DNA from: Clostridiales bacterium
Lineage (GTDB): Bacteria > Bacillota > Clostridia > Christensenellales > Borkfalkiaceae
NCBI GenBank assembly: GCA_015055655.1
Contig: SVHW01000001.1
Coordinates: forward strand, 15,465 to 79,464
DNA length: 64,000 nt
Direction of reading: 5' to 3'
Below, one piece after another: positions 55,944-64,000 of the stretch. The notes below the pieces were generated by a model that was not told the DNA's origin, did not search any database, and saw only the letters and a program-made list of their open reading frames with translations. The first letter of the stretch is position 1, and each line of letters starts with the position of its first letter. The translations under genes and the position numbers were made by a program.

Positions 55944-56795
55944 ATGTTGGATTTTCTTCCTGAAAACGTAAAAGAAGCGTTAACGCATTTAAACGTTAAA
56001 TACGTATACGAAATTCGCTTGCGCGCTAATGCGCCTACAAGGATAAATTATCGCGGCGAATTTCTTTGTTTGACTGCTTTTGGGGTAAGCGACCGCACGG
56101 AATTTGGCATTATTTGCGACGCTATGGATATCGCCGATTGCATATATCGAGCTGGAAAATACTCCGTGTATTCCGTAGAGGAGCAAATCAAACGCGGATA
56201 TATAACGGCGGCAAACGGTGAAAGAATCGGGCTTGCAGGGGAATACGTGTTTGAAAGTGGACAACCGTTGACGATTCGTAATATTACCTCCGTTTGTATA
56301 AGAATACCGCACGAAATTATCGGCTGTGGTCAAGAAATATACGCGTGTTGTTTAGAAGACAAATTAACGAACGTTTTGATAGCCTCGCCACCGGGGTTGG
56401 GAAAAACCACGATTTTACGGGATTTAGCAAGATTGATTAGCGAAAAAACACGTAAAAACGTATTGATATGCGACGAGCGTGGGGAAATTTCTTGCGGAAG
56501 ACTTGGAGAAACCAGCGACGTTATAAAATTCGCCGATAAGCAAACGGCGTTTGAGGCAGGAATACGGGCAATGCGCCCAGACGTCATTATCACCGACGAG
56601 TTACATACAAACGATTGTCAGGCAATAGAAAAGGCCTATGCGGCAGGCGTAAACGTAGTAGCATCCGCGCATTTTAATCAAATTGAACGGGTGAAAAAGG
56701 ATTTTTTTAGTTTGTTTGATTACGTCGTTATATTAAATCAAGAAAAAATAGGTGAAATTGCTGCAATATATGATAAAGAAGGAAGACGTATATGA
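55944..56795 (+). CDS. spoIIIAA: Stage III sporulation protein AA (ATPase)
   Basis: N-terminus MLDFLPENVKEAL, Walker A SPPGLGKTT, Walker B IITDEL. First gene of an 8-gene spoIIIA cluster. No obvious SD precedes ATG 55944. Confidence 0.85.
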   Translation: MLDFLPENVKEALTHLNVKYVYEIRLRANAPTRINYRGEFLCLTAFGVSDRTEFGIICDAMDIADCIYRAGKYSVYSVEEQIKRGYITAANGERIGLAGEYVFESGQPLTIRNITSVCIRIPHEIIGCGQEIYACCLEDKLTNVLIASPPGLGKTTILRDLARLISEKTRKNVLICDERGEISCGRLGETSDVIKFADKQTAFEAGIRAMRPDVIITDELHTNDCQAIEKAYAAGVNVVASAHFNQIERVKKDFFSLFDYVVILNQEKIGEIAAIYDKEGRRI

Positions 56796-57289
56796 TAGCA
56801 AAATTTTTTTTGGGAATAGCAATCGTTGCATTTACGACGTTTTGCGGATATTTACTTGGAAACAAATATCGTAAACGTAAATTATTTTTTACGCAATGGA
56901 CTTTATTTAACGAACGCTTTCTCAATGAAATTTCTTATTATCGCAATCCTTTACAAGACTTTTTTGTTAAATATTCCTATAAAGGTGAATTTGAATATCT
57001 ATTACAACGTTTTTTAGAGTGTGTAAAGGATAGACAATCTTTAAAGAACAATTTGATATATGAAACGGATTTTAATTTTATCAAAGCCGATGAAAAAGTT
57101 TTCATTGAAGATTATTTCGCTATGCTTGGGAAGGGGGACAGCTCTTCACAAAAAAATCACTTTTCCACCTACAAAAACTCTTTGTTCGAGCTTGAAAAAC
57201 AAGCAACGGAAACGTGCAAAAAGTACGTAGATTTATACATAAAACTTGGATTTTTATTCGGTTTGTTTATATTGATACTAATATTATAA
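56792..57289 (+). CDS. spoIIIAB: Stage III sporulation protein AB
   Basis: N- and C-terminal TM helices, LGKGDSSSQ motif, and operon position. Confidence 0.8.
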   Translation: MIAKFFLGIAIVAFTTFCGYLLGNKYRKRKLFFTQWTLFNERFLNEISYYRNPLQDFFVKYSYKGEFEYLLQRFLECVKDRQSLKNNLIYETDFNFIKADEKVFIEDYFAMLGKGDSSSQKNHFSTYKNSLFELEKQATETCKKYVDLYIKLGFLFGLFILILIL

Positions 57290-57308
57290 AAAAGACGGGG
57301 ACGGTTTT

Positions 57309-57503
57309 ATGGATATAAGCATACTCTTTAAAATAGCTGCAATTGGAATTATAATTACCGTAATTTGCCAAGTACTAAAAAAATCGGATAGAGACGATAT
57401 TGCAACGCTTGTCAGCATCGTTGGGCTTGTCATCGTGTTGGCGGTTGTCGTCAGTATGGTTGGGGATTTATTTACGGAAATAAAAACGATTTTTGGGCTA
57501 TGA
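57309..57503 (+). CDS. spoIIIAC: Stage III sporulation protein AC
   Basis: 64-aa two-TM protein (FKIAAIGIIITVICQVLK) at the expected operon position. Confidence 0.85.
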   Translation: MDISILFKIAAIGIIITVICQVLKKSDRDDIATLVSIVGLVIVLAVVVSMVGDLFTEIKTIFGL

Positions 57504-57516
57504 GGAGGGGTAAGAT

Positions 57517-57909
57517 ATGGAATTGATAAAGATTCTTGGTGTGGCTTTTGTGACGTCGGTTACGGCGATATTGCTTCGAAGTACGAAACCGGAACTCTCT
57601 TTTGCGGTTACAATTACCGGTATTATCGTTATTTTACTATTTTTAATCGACGCCTTAAAAGGAACGATTGCCATTTTTGCTTCTATATCTCAAACCACGG
57701 GTATGAATAACGGTTTACTAAAAATTCTTTTAAAAATCGTGGGCGTGGGATATATAACGGAGTTTGGCGCTGGGGTATTGAACGATTTTGGCTCGCCGTC
57801 GATAGCAGACAAAGTGACGTTGGGAGGAAAAATAGCTATTGTTGTATTATCTTTACCTATATTGGAAAGTTTGTTACAACTTGTGCGCGGCTTTTTAAAT
57901 CTCGTATGA
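57517..57909 (+). CDS. spoIIIAD: Stage III sporulation protein AD
   Basis: 130-aa polytopic protein (KIVGVGYITEFGAGV) at the expected operon position. Confidence 0.85.
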   Translation: MELIKILGVAFVTSVTAILLRSTKPELSFAVTITGIIVILLFLIDALKGTIAIFASISQTTGMNNGLLKILLKIVGVGYITEFGAGVLNDFGSPSIADKVTLGGKIAIVVLSLPILESLLQLVRGFLNLV

Positions 57910-59129
57910 AAACCTTGATAAATCCAAAAAAAAATCACTCGTTAAAAAGAGCGATAAGATATATTTTTTATATACAATTATTCATTGTCTTTTTTGCCTT
58001 GTTTTTTGGCGTAACCTTCATTGGCGCTATGGCTGACGACGGGCAAGCAGAAGGGAAAGCAAAGCTGAACGAAAGCGTAAAAGAATTGTTGACGGAGTTG
58101 GATTTAAAGGAATTGGAAAACTACGTGGACGAGCTGGGGAACTTTACCGATAAAAGCGTTTCCGAACGATTATTGGCGTATATAGAAGGCGAAAAATTCG
58201 ATTATGCAAGCTTTGGAAAAGGCTTATTAAAAGTTTTATTTGAAAAAATTATACAGGTTTTGCCTGCCTTTACCACGATTGCCGCTATCGCGCTGCTTTC
58301 AGGTTTAATTTCTACGTTGCGAAGTGGGGCAATTGGCGGTAGTTCGGCGGAAATGATTTTTATGATAAGTTACGTTACCGCGCTTGTTCCGTTACTAAGC
58401 GTGTTAATCGAGTGTTTTCAAGTATCTACGACGAGTTTATCGTCAATGAGCCGACAAATGGGGATAGTGTTTCCAATTATGTTAACGTTAATGGCGTCAA
58501 GCGGTGGGGCGGTTTCCGTATCCGTATGTCGTCCAGCCGTTGCGTTTTTCTCAACGACCATCGTTTCGGTGTTGTCTAACGTCGTGCTGCCGTTGACGAT
58601 TATGATTATAGCGTTTTCAATCGCAGGTAATTTTACGGCGGAATTAAAAATCAACAAATTTAGCGCTTTTTTTAAAAGTATCAATAAATGGATAATCGGG
58701 GTATGCGTTTCCGTTTTCGGGATATTTTTTACGTTGCAGGGGATTACCGCCGCAACGACGGACGGCGTCGTACGTCGCGCGGCGAAATACGCGATAGGCA
58801 ATGGCGTGCCGATTGTAGGCGGCTTTTTGTCCGGCGGATTCGATTTAGCGGTAGCCGGCAGTGTTTTAATTAAAAATTCCCTAGGAAGTATGAGTATATT
58901 TCTTATGGTTTCCATCTTATTCGAGCCGCTTGTTTTATTGATTGCCGTAAACGTTTTGTTACGTTTTACGGCGGCAATCACGCAACCGTTTGGGGATAGC
59001 AGAATATCCGATTTCTTAGGGGAAACCGCAGAAAATCTGCATTATTGCACGGCAGCGTTATTATTTACGGCATTTTTGTATTTTTTGTGCATTTTATTGT
59101 TGGTAACTTCTACGGAGGCTTTATTTTGA
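57906..59129 (+). CDS. spoIIIAE: Stage III sporulation protein AE
   Basis: Signal/TM segment followed by a multi-TM permease-like domain (AKYAIGNGVPIVGGFLSG), at the expected operon position. Confidence 0.85.
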   Translation: MKTLINPKKNHSLKRAIRYIFYIQLFIVFFALFFGVTFIGAMADDGQAEGKAKLNESVKELLTELDLKELENYVDELGNFTDKSVSERLLAYIEGEKFDYASFGKGLLKVLFEKIIQVLPAFTTIAAIALLSGLISTLRSGAIGGSSAEMIFMISYVTALVPLLSVLIECFQVSTTSLSSMSRQMGIVFPIMLTLMASSGGAVSVSVCRPAVAFFSTTIVSVLSNVVLPLTIMIIAFSIAGNFTAELKINKFSAFFKSINKWIIGVCVSVFGIFFTLQGITAATTDGVVRRAAKYAIGNGVPIVGGFLSGGFDLAVAGSVLIKNSLGSMSIFLMVSILFEPLVLLIAVNVLLRFTAAITQPFGDSRISDFLGETAENLHYCTAALLFTAFLYFLCILLLVTSTEALF

Positions 59130-59626
59130 ACGGTTACATCGTAAGCATAATCGGCACGGTTTTGGTGTGTTCGGTGTTGACGGCGGTATTGCCACAAGGA
59201 AAAACAACGGGGGTAATCAAGGGGATGGCGCGTTTAGCTTGCGTTGTTGCGATTATTGCGCCAATTCCAAAATATCTTGGTAAGTGGACGTCTTTCGACG
59301 TAAATCACGAAAAAAATCCAACGCAAGCGGATATAAATTTTTCTCAACAAGTCATACAAACGGACGATACCTTCATAAAGTATTATTGTGAAATGAGAAT
59401 ACGGAATACGGAGGCTGCATTAAAAAGTGAAATAGAAAATCAGTTTCCTATAGAAGTTGAAACGAATATCGATTGGCGTTTCACAGAGGAAAAAACGGTG
59501 GATAGCGACCAAATTCAAATCGTAAGTATCACGGTTAAATTATTAAATTCTTGCAATCAAGAAACAATAGAGGCGTTAACAAAATATTTGACGAAAAATT
59601 ATTGTAGCGAGGTTATCATTGAGTAA
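59126..59626 (+). CDS. spoIIIAF: Stage III sporulation protein AF
   Basis: Two N-terminal TM helices followed by a soluble ring-building-like domain. A TTG at 59126 overlapping the spoIIIAE stop is preferred; the start is uncertain. Confidence 0.7.
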   Translation: MNGYIVSIIGTVLVCSVLTAVLPQGKTTGVIKGMARLACVVAIIAPIPKYLGKWTSFDVNHEKNPTQADINFSQQVIQTDDTFIKYYCEMRIRNTEAALKSEIENQFPIEVETNIDWRFTEEKTVDSDQIQIVSITVKLLNSCNQETIEALTKYLTKNYCSEVIIE

Positions 59627-60002
59627 TTTGGAAAGGAATAATTCACCGCCCAAAAGGAAAAGGCTAAAAATTGGCAAATGCAAAGACGTCTTAATTATTG
59701 TAGGGTTGGCAATCGTTTTAATCGTGGCAATTTGGCGAATTTTTTACACGAACGACGAACCTCTTGAATCTGTCGCCGTAATGAGTGAAAGCGAACGAAA
59801 GGTCAGCCGTATATTGGCTGAAATAGACGGCGTAGGCGACGCGGAAGTGATGATTTATGAAACGGAAGAGGGAACGCAAAGCGTTGTGGTAGTGTGTACG
59901 GGCGCAAAAAATTTACGCGTGATTATGGACGTTAGAGAAGCGGTATCCGCGGCGCTTGGCACACGAGAAAAAGATGTAAAAGTTTATTTAAAAAAAGAGT
60001 AA
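59619..60002 (+). CDS. spoIIIAG: Stage III sporulation protein AG (short form)
   Basis: TM anchor plus a conserved C-terminal region (ILAEIDGVGDAEVMI...VVVVCTGA). TTG start. Confidence 0.75.
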   Translation: MSNLERNNSPPKRKRLKIGKCKDVLIIVGLAIVLIVAIWRIFYTNDEPLESVAVMSESERKVSRILAEIDGVGDAEVMIYETEEGTQSVVVVCTGAKNLRVIMDVREAVSAALGTREKDVKVYLKKE

Positions 60003-60015
60003 AAGGAGATAAATT

Positions 60016-60507
60016 ATGTCGAACAAAAAGAAAGTAGTTTTAATGTCGTCGTTGGTGTTGTTGTTGGCGGTAACCGCCGTGTTTAATTTCGTGTTTGCGA
60101 ATACGCGCAGCACTCCCACTTCGGCGGATAACGAGGTTACCGCGTCTAATTATTTTACGACGTATCGTGCAGAACGCACTACGACGCGAAATGAAGAATT
60201 GATGCAATTGGATAGCGTTATTGCGTTGTACGACGAAGGGGACGAGAAATACGAAGAAGCAACGGAAATGAAGATGGAAATCGTATCGGCAATGGAACAA
60301 GAATTGGTGCTTGAAAATATGGTTCGTTCGCTCGGTTTTTCGGATGCAGTAGTATCCGTATCCGTGGATTCCGATAACGTAAACGTATTCATCAATTCTG
60401 ACGAATTGAATTACGATACGGCGCTTTCTATCTACAATATGATGAAAAATGAAACGGGCGTCGTGGCTGGAAACATTATCATTATGCCGGTTTACGCGGA
60501 AAGCTAA
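60016..60507 (+). CDS. spoIIIAH: Stage III sporulation protein AH
   Basis: N-terminal TM anchor and a C-terminal YscJ/FliF-like region. Last gene of the operon. Confidence 0.75.
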   Translation: MSNKKKVVLMSSLVLLLAVTAVFNFVFANTRSTPTSADNEVTASNYFTTYRAERTTTRNEELMQLDSVIALYDEGDEKYEEATEMKMEIVSAMEQELVLENMVRSLGFSDAVVSVSVDSDNVNVFINSDELNYDTALSIYNMMKNETGVVAGNIIIMPVYAES

Positions 60508-60597
60508 AAAAAGAGAGAAAAATATTGTCAAAACAGTAGAAAAATTCAAAAAGATATGTTATAATGTAGGTAACAGAAAAAAAGGAGTTCTTTTTGA

Positions 60598-60963
60598 ATG
60601 CGTAACATCAAATTAAACACGAACAACGATACGAGTGGGAAAATCATTTACAACTCAGGAATCGTTTACAATATCGTCTTATTGGCTATTGGGGAAGTGG
60701 AAGGCGCGGCGCCGTTGCCCGGCAAAAGAAACGGCATTTCCCTTTATTTGGAAAAGGACGGAATTTACGTCGACGTGTCCGTCGTAGTAAAATACGGCTA
60801 TCATATTCCCGAGCTTGCGTATCGTATTCAACAATCGATTAAGCAGAGCGTAGAAAATATGACGCGTTATAAAGTTGCCGAAGTAAACGTTCATATTTGC
60901 GACGTGAAATTTGAAGAAACGTTGCCTGTTGAAACGGCACAGGAAGAAACTGAGGAAAATTAA
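60598..60963 (+). CDS. Asp23/Gls24 family envelope stress protein
   Basis: VLLAIGEVEG, VDVSVVVKYGYHIPELAYRIQQSIKQSVENMT pattern. Lies upstream of nusB, as in many Firmicutes. Confidence 0.85.
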   Translation: MRNIKLNTNNDTSGKIIYNSGIVYNIVLLAIGEVEGAAPLPGKRNGISLYLEKDGIYVDVSVVVKYGYHIPELAYRIQQSIKQSVENMTRYKVAEVNVHICDVKFEETLPVETAQEETEEN

Positions 60964-61037
60964 AAAATATCGATTACCCTTCCCGAAAGAGAAGGGTTTT
61001 CGTCATAAATTCAACAAATTAAACAACGGAGAAACTT

Positions 61038-61436
61038 ATGAGAAATGCGGCGCGGGAAGCGGCTTTAAATATTATTTTTGCGCAACAATTTAACACCGAT
61101 TGTTTTGATGCCCTGAAAAAGAAAGTGTTCAAACAATTTAAACTGGAAAAAGAAGAAGATGCTCGTTTTGCCGACGATTTGATTGCTACGGTAGAAAAAA
61201 ATCGTACGGAATTGATTGCGGGTATTGAAGATGCTTGTCACCACTATAAAGAAAATCGCATCAACCCAATGGATAAGAGCATTTTGTTGATTGCTATGGC
61301 GGAAATACGCTATTTTAATGAAATTCCACCCGTTGTGTCTGTATCTGAAGCGACGGGATTAGCAAAAAAATATTCCACGGAAAAGAGTGCCGATTTCGTT
61401 AACGGCGTTCTTTCAGGGGTTATCAATACCAAATAA
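61038..61436 (+). CDS. nusB: Transcription antitermination factor NusB
   Basis: R.AREAALNIIF start, ILLIAMAEIRYF, VSVSEATGLAKKY, FVNGVL. Confidence 0.9.
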   Translation: MRNAAREAALNIIFAQQFNTDCFDALKKKVFKQFKLEKEEDARFADDLIATVEKNRTELIAGIEDACHHYKENRINPMDKSILLIAMAEIRYFNEIPPVVSVSEATGLAKKYSTEKSADFVNGVLSGVINTK

Positions 61437-61458
61437 ATATCATACATTGGAGGACATT

Positions 61459-62289
61459 ATGGATATTATCGATGGAAAAGCGTATTCAGCGAAACTGCGT
61501 GCAGCTTTAAAAGAAAAAGTGGAAAAATCGGCAATTAAGCCCGGACTTGCCGTGGTGCTTGTTGGATGCGACCCCGCTTCGCAAATTTACGTACGAAACA
61601 AAATTAAGGCGTGTGAAGAAGTAGGGGTTCGTTCCTATTCTTACGTTTTACCTGAAACGGCAACGCAAGAAGAAGTAGAAAACTTATTGGACAAGCTTGC
61701 CGCTGACGAACAAGTTAACGGTATTTTATTGCAACTTCCTTTGCCTAAGGGCTTAGATGCAGAATCCGCCATGGCTCGTATTCCCGTAGAGAAAGACGTT
61801 GACGGTTTTTCCGCCGAAAATATCGGCTTGTTGTGCTTGCACAAAGAAGATTTGGTAGCTTGCACGCCGCTTGGCGTTATGAAATTGCTGGAAAACGAGG
61901 GCGTAGATTTATGTGGTAAAAACGCCGTCGTATTGGGCAGAAGCGATACCGTGGGTAAGCCTATGGCAATGCTTTTGCTTAACGCTAACGCTACGGTTAC
62001 CGTTTGCCACAGTAAAACGAAAAACTTAAAAGATATTTGCAAAAACGCGGATATCTTGGTTGCTGCCATCGGCAGACCGAAATTTGTCACGGCGGATATG
62101 GTAAAAGAAGGGGCAATCGTCATCGATATTGGTATCAACCGTGACGAAAACGGTAAAATTTGCGGCGACGTTGATTTTGAAAACGTAAAAGATAAAGTTT
62201 CAAAAATCACGCCCGTTCCCGGTGGCGTTGGCCCGATGACGATTACAATGTTAATGTATAACGCTTGCAAGGCGGCGTTTAAGGAGTAA
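61459..62289 (+). CDS. folD: Bifunctional methylenetetrahydrofolate dehydrogenase/cyclohydrolase
   Basis: IIDGK start, LAVVLVGCDPASQIYVRNK, GILLQLPLP, VVLGRSDTVGKPMAMLL, PVPGGVGPMT. ATG 61459 avoids overlap with nusB. Confidence 0.93.
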   Translation: MDIIDGKAYSAKLRAALKEKVEKSAIKPGLAVVLVGCDPASQIYVRNKIKACEEVGVRSYSYVLPETATQEEVENLLDKLAADEQVNGILLQLPLPKGLDAESAMARIPVEKDVDGFSAENIGLLCLHKEDLVACTPLGVMKLLENEGVDLCGKNAVVLGRSDTVGKPMAMLLLNANATVTVCHSKTKNLKDICKNADILVAAIGRPKFVTADMVKEGAIVIDIGINRDENGKICGDVDFENVKDKVSKITPVPGGVGPMTITMLMYNACKAAFKE

Positions 62290-62295
62290 AGAAGG

Positions 62296-63177
62296 TTGAA
62301 CGATTTTCATCTTTGTTATCAAAACTATTTAGACGAATTTGAAAAATATTTAAATCAATACGTTGAAAAACTCAAAACGAAACCCGAAATTTTAGGGGAG
62401 AGTATGGCGTATAGCTTACTTGGCGGCGGCAAAAGAATCCGCCCCGTGATAATGCTTGCTTGCGCAGACGTTCTTTCCATACCGCACGAAGACGTTTTGC
62501 CGTTTGCGCTTGCGTTGGAAATGATTCATACCTATTCGTTGATACACGACGATTTGCCCGCTATGGATAACGACGATTTCCGTAGAGGCAAACCTTCTTG
62601 TCATAAAGCCTTTGGCGAAGCGAACGCAATTTTGGCAGGGGACGCTTTATTAAACGAAGCCTATTCCATTTGCTTTTCACAATGCGCAAAAGGGGAACAA
62701 TACGTAGCGGCAGGGAAATTGCTCAACGAGTATGCAGGCGCGTTTGGTATGATTGCAGGACAATCTGCCGATATTCTTTTTACCAACCAAAAAAACGACG
62801 TATCCGAAGAGGAGTTACGCTTTGTATACGAACATAAAACGGGGAAATTATTGCTTGCGCCCGTCGTTATCCCTAATATTTTAGCAGCAAACAGAAATTA
62901 TTTATCGTTTGAATATTTTGGCAAACAATTGGGTTTGTTATTTCAAATGACGGACGATATTTTAGACGTTACGGGGAATTTTGAAGAGCTTGGTAAATCA
63001 ATCGGTAAAGACGAAAACGTCAATAAACTTACTTGCGTACGTTTATACGGTTTACAAAACGCTAAAATCCGCGCCGACTTATGCGCGCAAGAGTGTCACG
63101 CCGTTTTAGAAGGGATGGACGGCGACACGGAATTTTTACACCAATTAGTAGATTTCGTTTTGGTACGCACAAAATAA
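62296..63177 (+). CDS. ispA: Polyprenyl (farnesyl/geranylgeranyl) diphosphate synthase
   Basis: First Asp-rich motif LIHDDLPAMDNDDFRRG and second motif MTDDILD. TTG start. Confidence 0.88.
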   Translation: MNDFHLCYQNYLDEFEKYLNQYVEKLKTKPEILGESMAYSLLGGGKRIRPVIMLACADVLSIPHEDVLPFALALEMIHTYSLIHDDLPAMDNDDFRRGKPSCHKAFGEANAILAGDALLNEAYSICFSQCAKGEQYVAAGKLLNEYAGAFGMIAGQSADILFTNQKNDVSEEELRFVYEHKTGKLLLAPVVIPNILAANRNYLSFEYFGKQLGLLFQMTDDILDVTGNFEELGKSIGKDENVNKLTCVRLYGLQNAKIRADLCAQECHAVLEGMDGDTEFLHQLVDFVLVRTK

Positions 63178-63195
63178 ACAAAAGAAGGAGTGCCT

Positions 63196-64000
63196 ATGTT
63201 AAAGGATTTATCTCCCGAACAAGTAAAAAAATATACGAAAAGCGAACTTAACGTACTTTGCGATAAACTCCGTTTAACAATTTATGATACGGTAATGCAA
63301 TGCGGGGGGCATCTCGCCTCAAATTTAGGCTCGGTAGAATCTACCGTTGCGCTCTTTTACGTATTTGATTTTCCGCAAGATAAAATCGTATTTGACGTTG
63401 GACACCAATGCTACGCCTATAAGCTTTTATCAGGACGCGCGGAAAACTTTTCAACGCTGCGTCAGGCAGGTGGTATTTCCGGTTTTCCTAAACGCAACGA
63501 AAGTGAATATGATTGTTACGATACGGGACATGCTGGTACGTCGGTTTCTGCGGCGATAGGTCTTGCCAAAGCATATGCATTAAAAGGGGAAAAACGCAAC
63601 GTTATTGCTTATATCGGCGACGGTTCGTTTAATAACGGACTCGTTTATGAAGCGTTGAATAGTTTAAAGATATTCAATACAAACGTTTTAATTATCTTAA
63701 ACGATAACGATATGTCCATTTCTCCAACCGTTGGCGGAATGCACGATATGCTTACGCAAATCAAAGATAAACAAAAAGCAGAGAATATCCGCCTTTTAGA
63801 GAGTTTTGGTTTAACGTATATGGGTGTAAAGAACGGCAACGACGTGGAAGAAATGGTCGACGCATTGACGGAAGCAAAACAACTTATGCAAAACGGCTCC
63901 GTATTGTTGCATATTGCCACGAAAAAGGGGAAAGGCTACGAATTTAGCGAAGAACATCCTACGAACACGCACGGCGTTCCGCCCGTTGGTTCACCCAAGG
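63196..64000 (+). CDS. dxs: 1-deoxy-D-xylulose-5-phosphate synthase (3' end outside the window)
   Basis: Not in the ORF track because it is open to the window edge. Hand translation gives MLKDLSPEQVKKYTKSELNVLCDKLR...GGHLASNLGSVESTVALFYVFD..DKIVFDVGHQCYAYKLLSGR and GDGS...NDN. AAGGAG RBS. Confidence 0.9.
   Translation, partial: MLKDLSPEQVKKYTKSELNVLCDKLRLTIYDTVMQCGGHLASNLGSVESTVALFYVFDFPQDKIVFDVGHQCYAYKLLSGRAENFSTLRQAGGISGFPKRNESEYDCYDTGHAGTSVSAAIGLAKAYALKGEKRNVIAYIGDGSFNNGLVYEALNSLKIFNTNVLIILNDNDMSISPTVGGMHDMLTQIKDKQKAENIRLLESFGLTYMGVKNGNDVEEMVDALTEAKQLMQNGSVLLHIATKKGKGYEFSEEHPTNTHGVPPVGSPK

Noticed and set aside
61038-63177. Absence of xseA/xseB between folD and ispA, and of hfq after miaA, relative to Bacillus-type synteny.
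   Set aside because: Absence from a synteny block within one window says nothing about absence from the genome, and gene order differs among Clostridia. Noted only as context.

Overview
This window looks like core chromosome from an endospore-forming Firmicute (Clostridia-like). That inference rests on the complete spoIIIAA-AH operon, spoIIID, the ftsK-rimO-pgsA-cinA-recA-rny and miaB-mutS-mutL-miaA blocks, an ispH-S1 fusion gene and nusB-folD-ispA-dxs. About 58 genes are packed tightly, mostly on the + strand. Calls come from motifs read in the supplied translations and from gene order; no database search was possible. Standard code 11 applies, since TGA terminates rimO, mutS and spoIIIAE. 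Other housekeeping content includes a class A PBP, ung, mtnN, ychF, argS, helD, a ParE/ParC-like type IIA topoisomerase pair, tyrA, rho, nrdDG with NrdR boxes, rnhA, and a five-gene Na+-translocating biotin decarboxylase cluster. I did not find a CRISPR array, an intact transposase, integrase or prophage, or a recognisable multi-gene defence island. The unusual signals are mainly non-coding: (1) three near-identical 107-bp tandem units, each a 5'-truncated tRNA-Trp-like sequence plus terminator hairpin, immediately downstream of the real tRNA-Trp; (2) a 21-bp duplication of the tRNA-Thr 3' end bracketing a 183-bp segment, so that mgtC sits alone between two convergent tRNA loci that both carry partial tRNA copies; (3) four 13-bp palindromes at exact 18-bp phasing downstream of miaA, with a near-identical copy inside a flavoprotein CDS 34 kb away; (4) a terminator-containing leader upstream of a collagen-repeat/LRR lipoprotein. 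Coding oddities are an AroH-Cmk fusion, a decarboxylase operon with two kinds of carboxyltransferase, and an acidic insertion in the topoisomerase B subunit. All novelty claims need database and comparative checks that I could not run.
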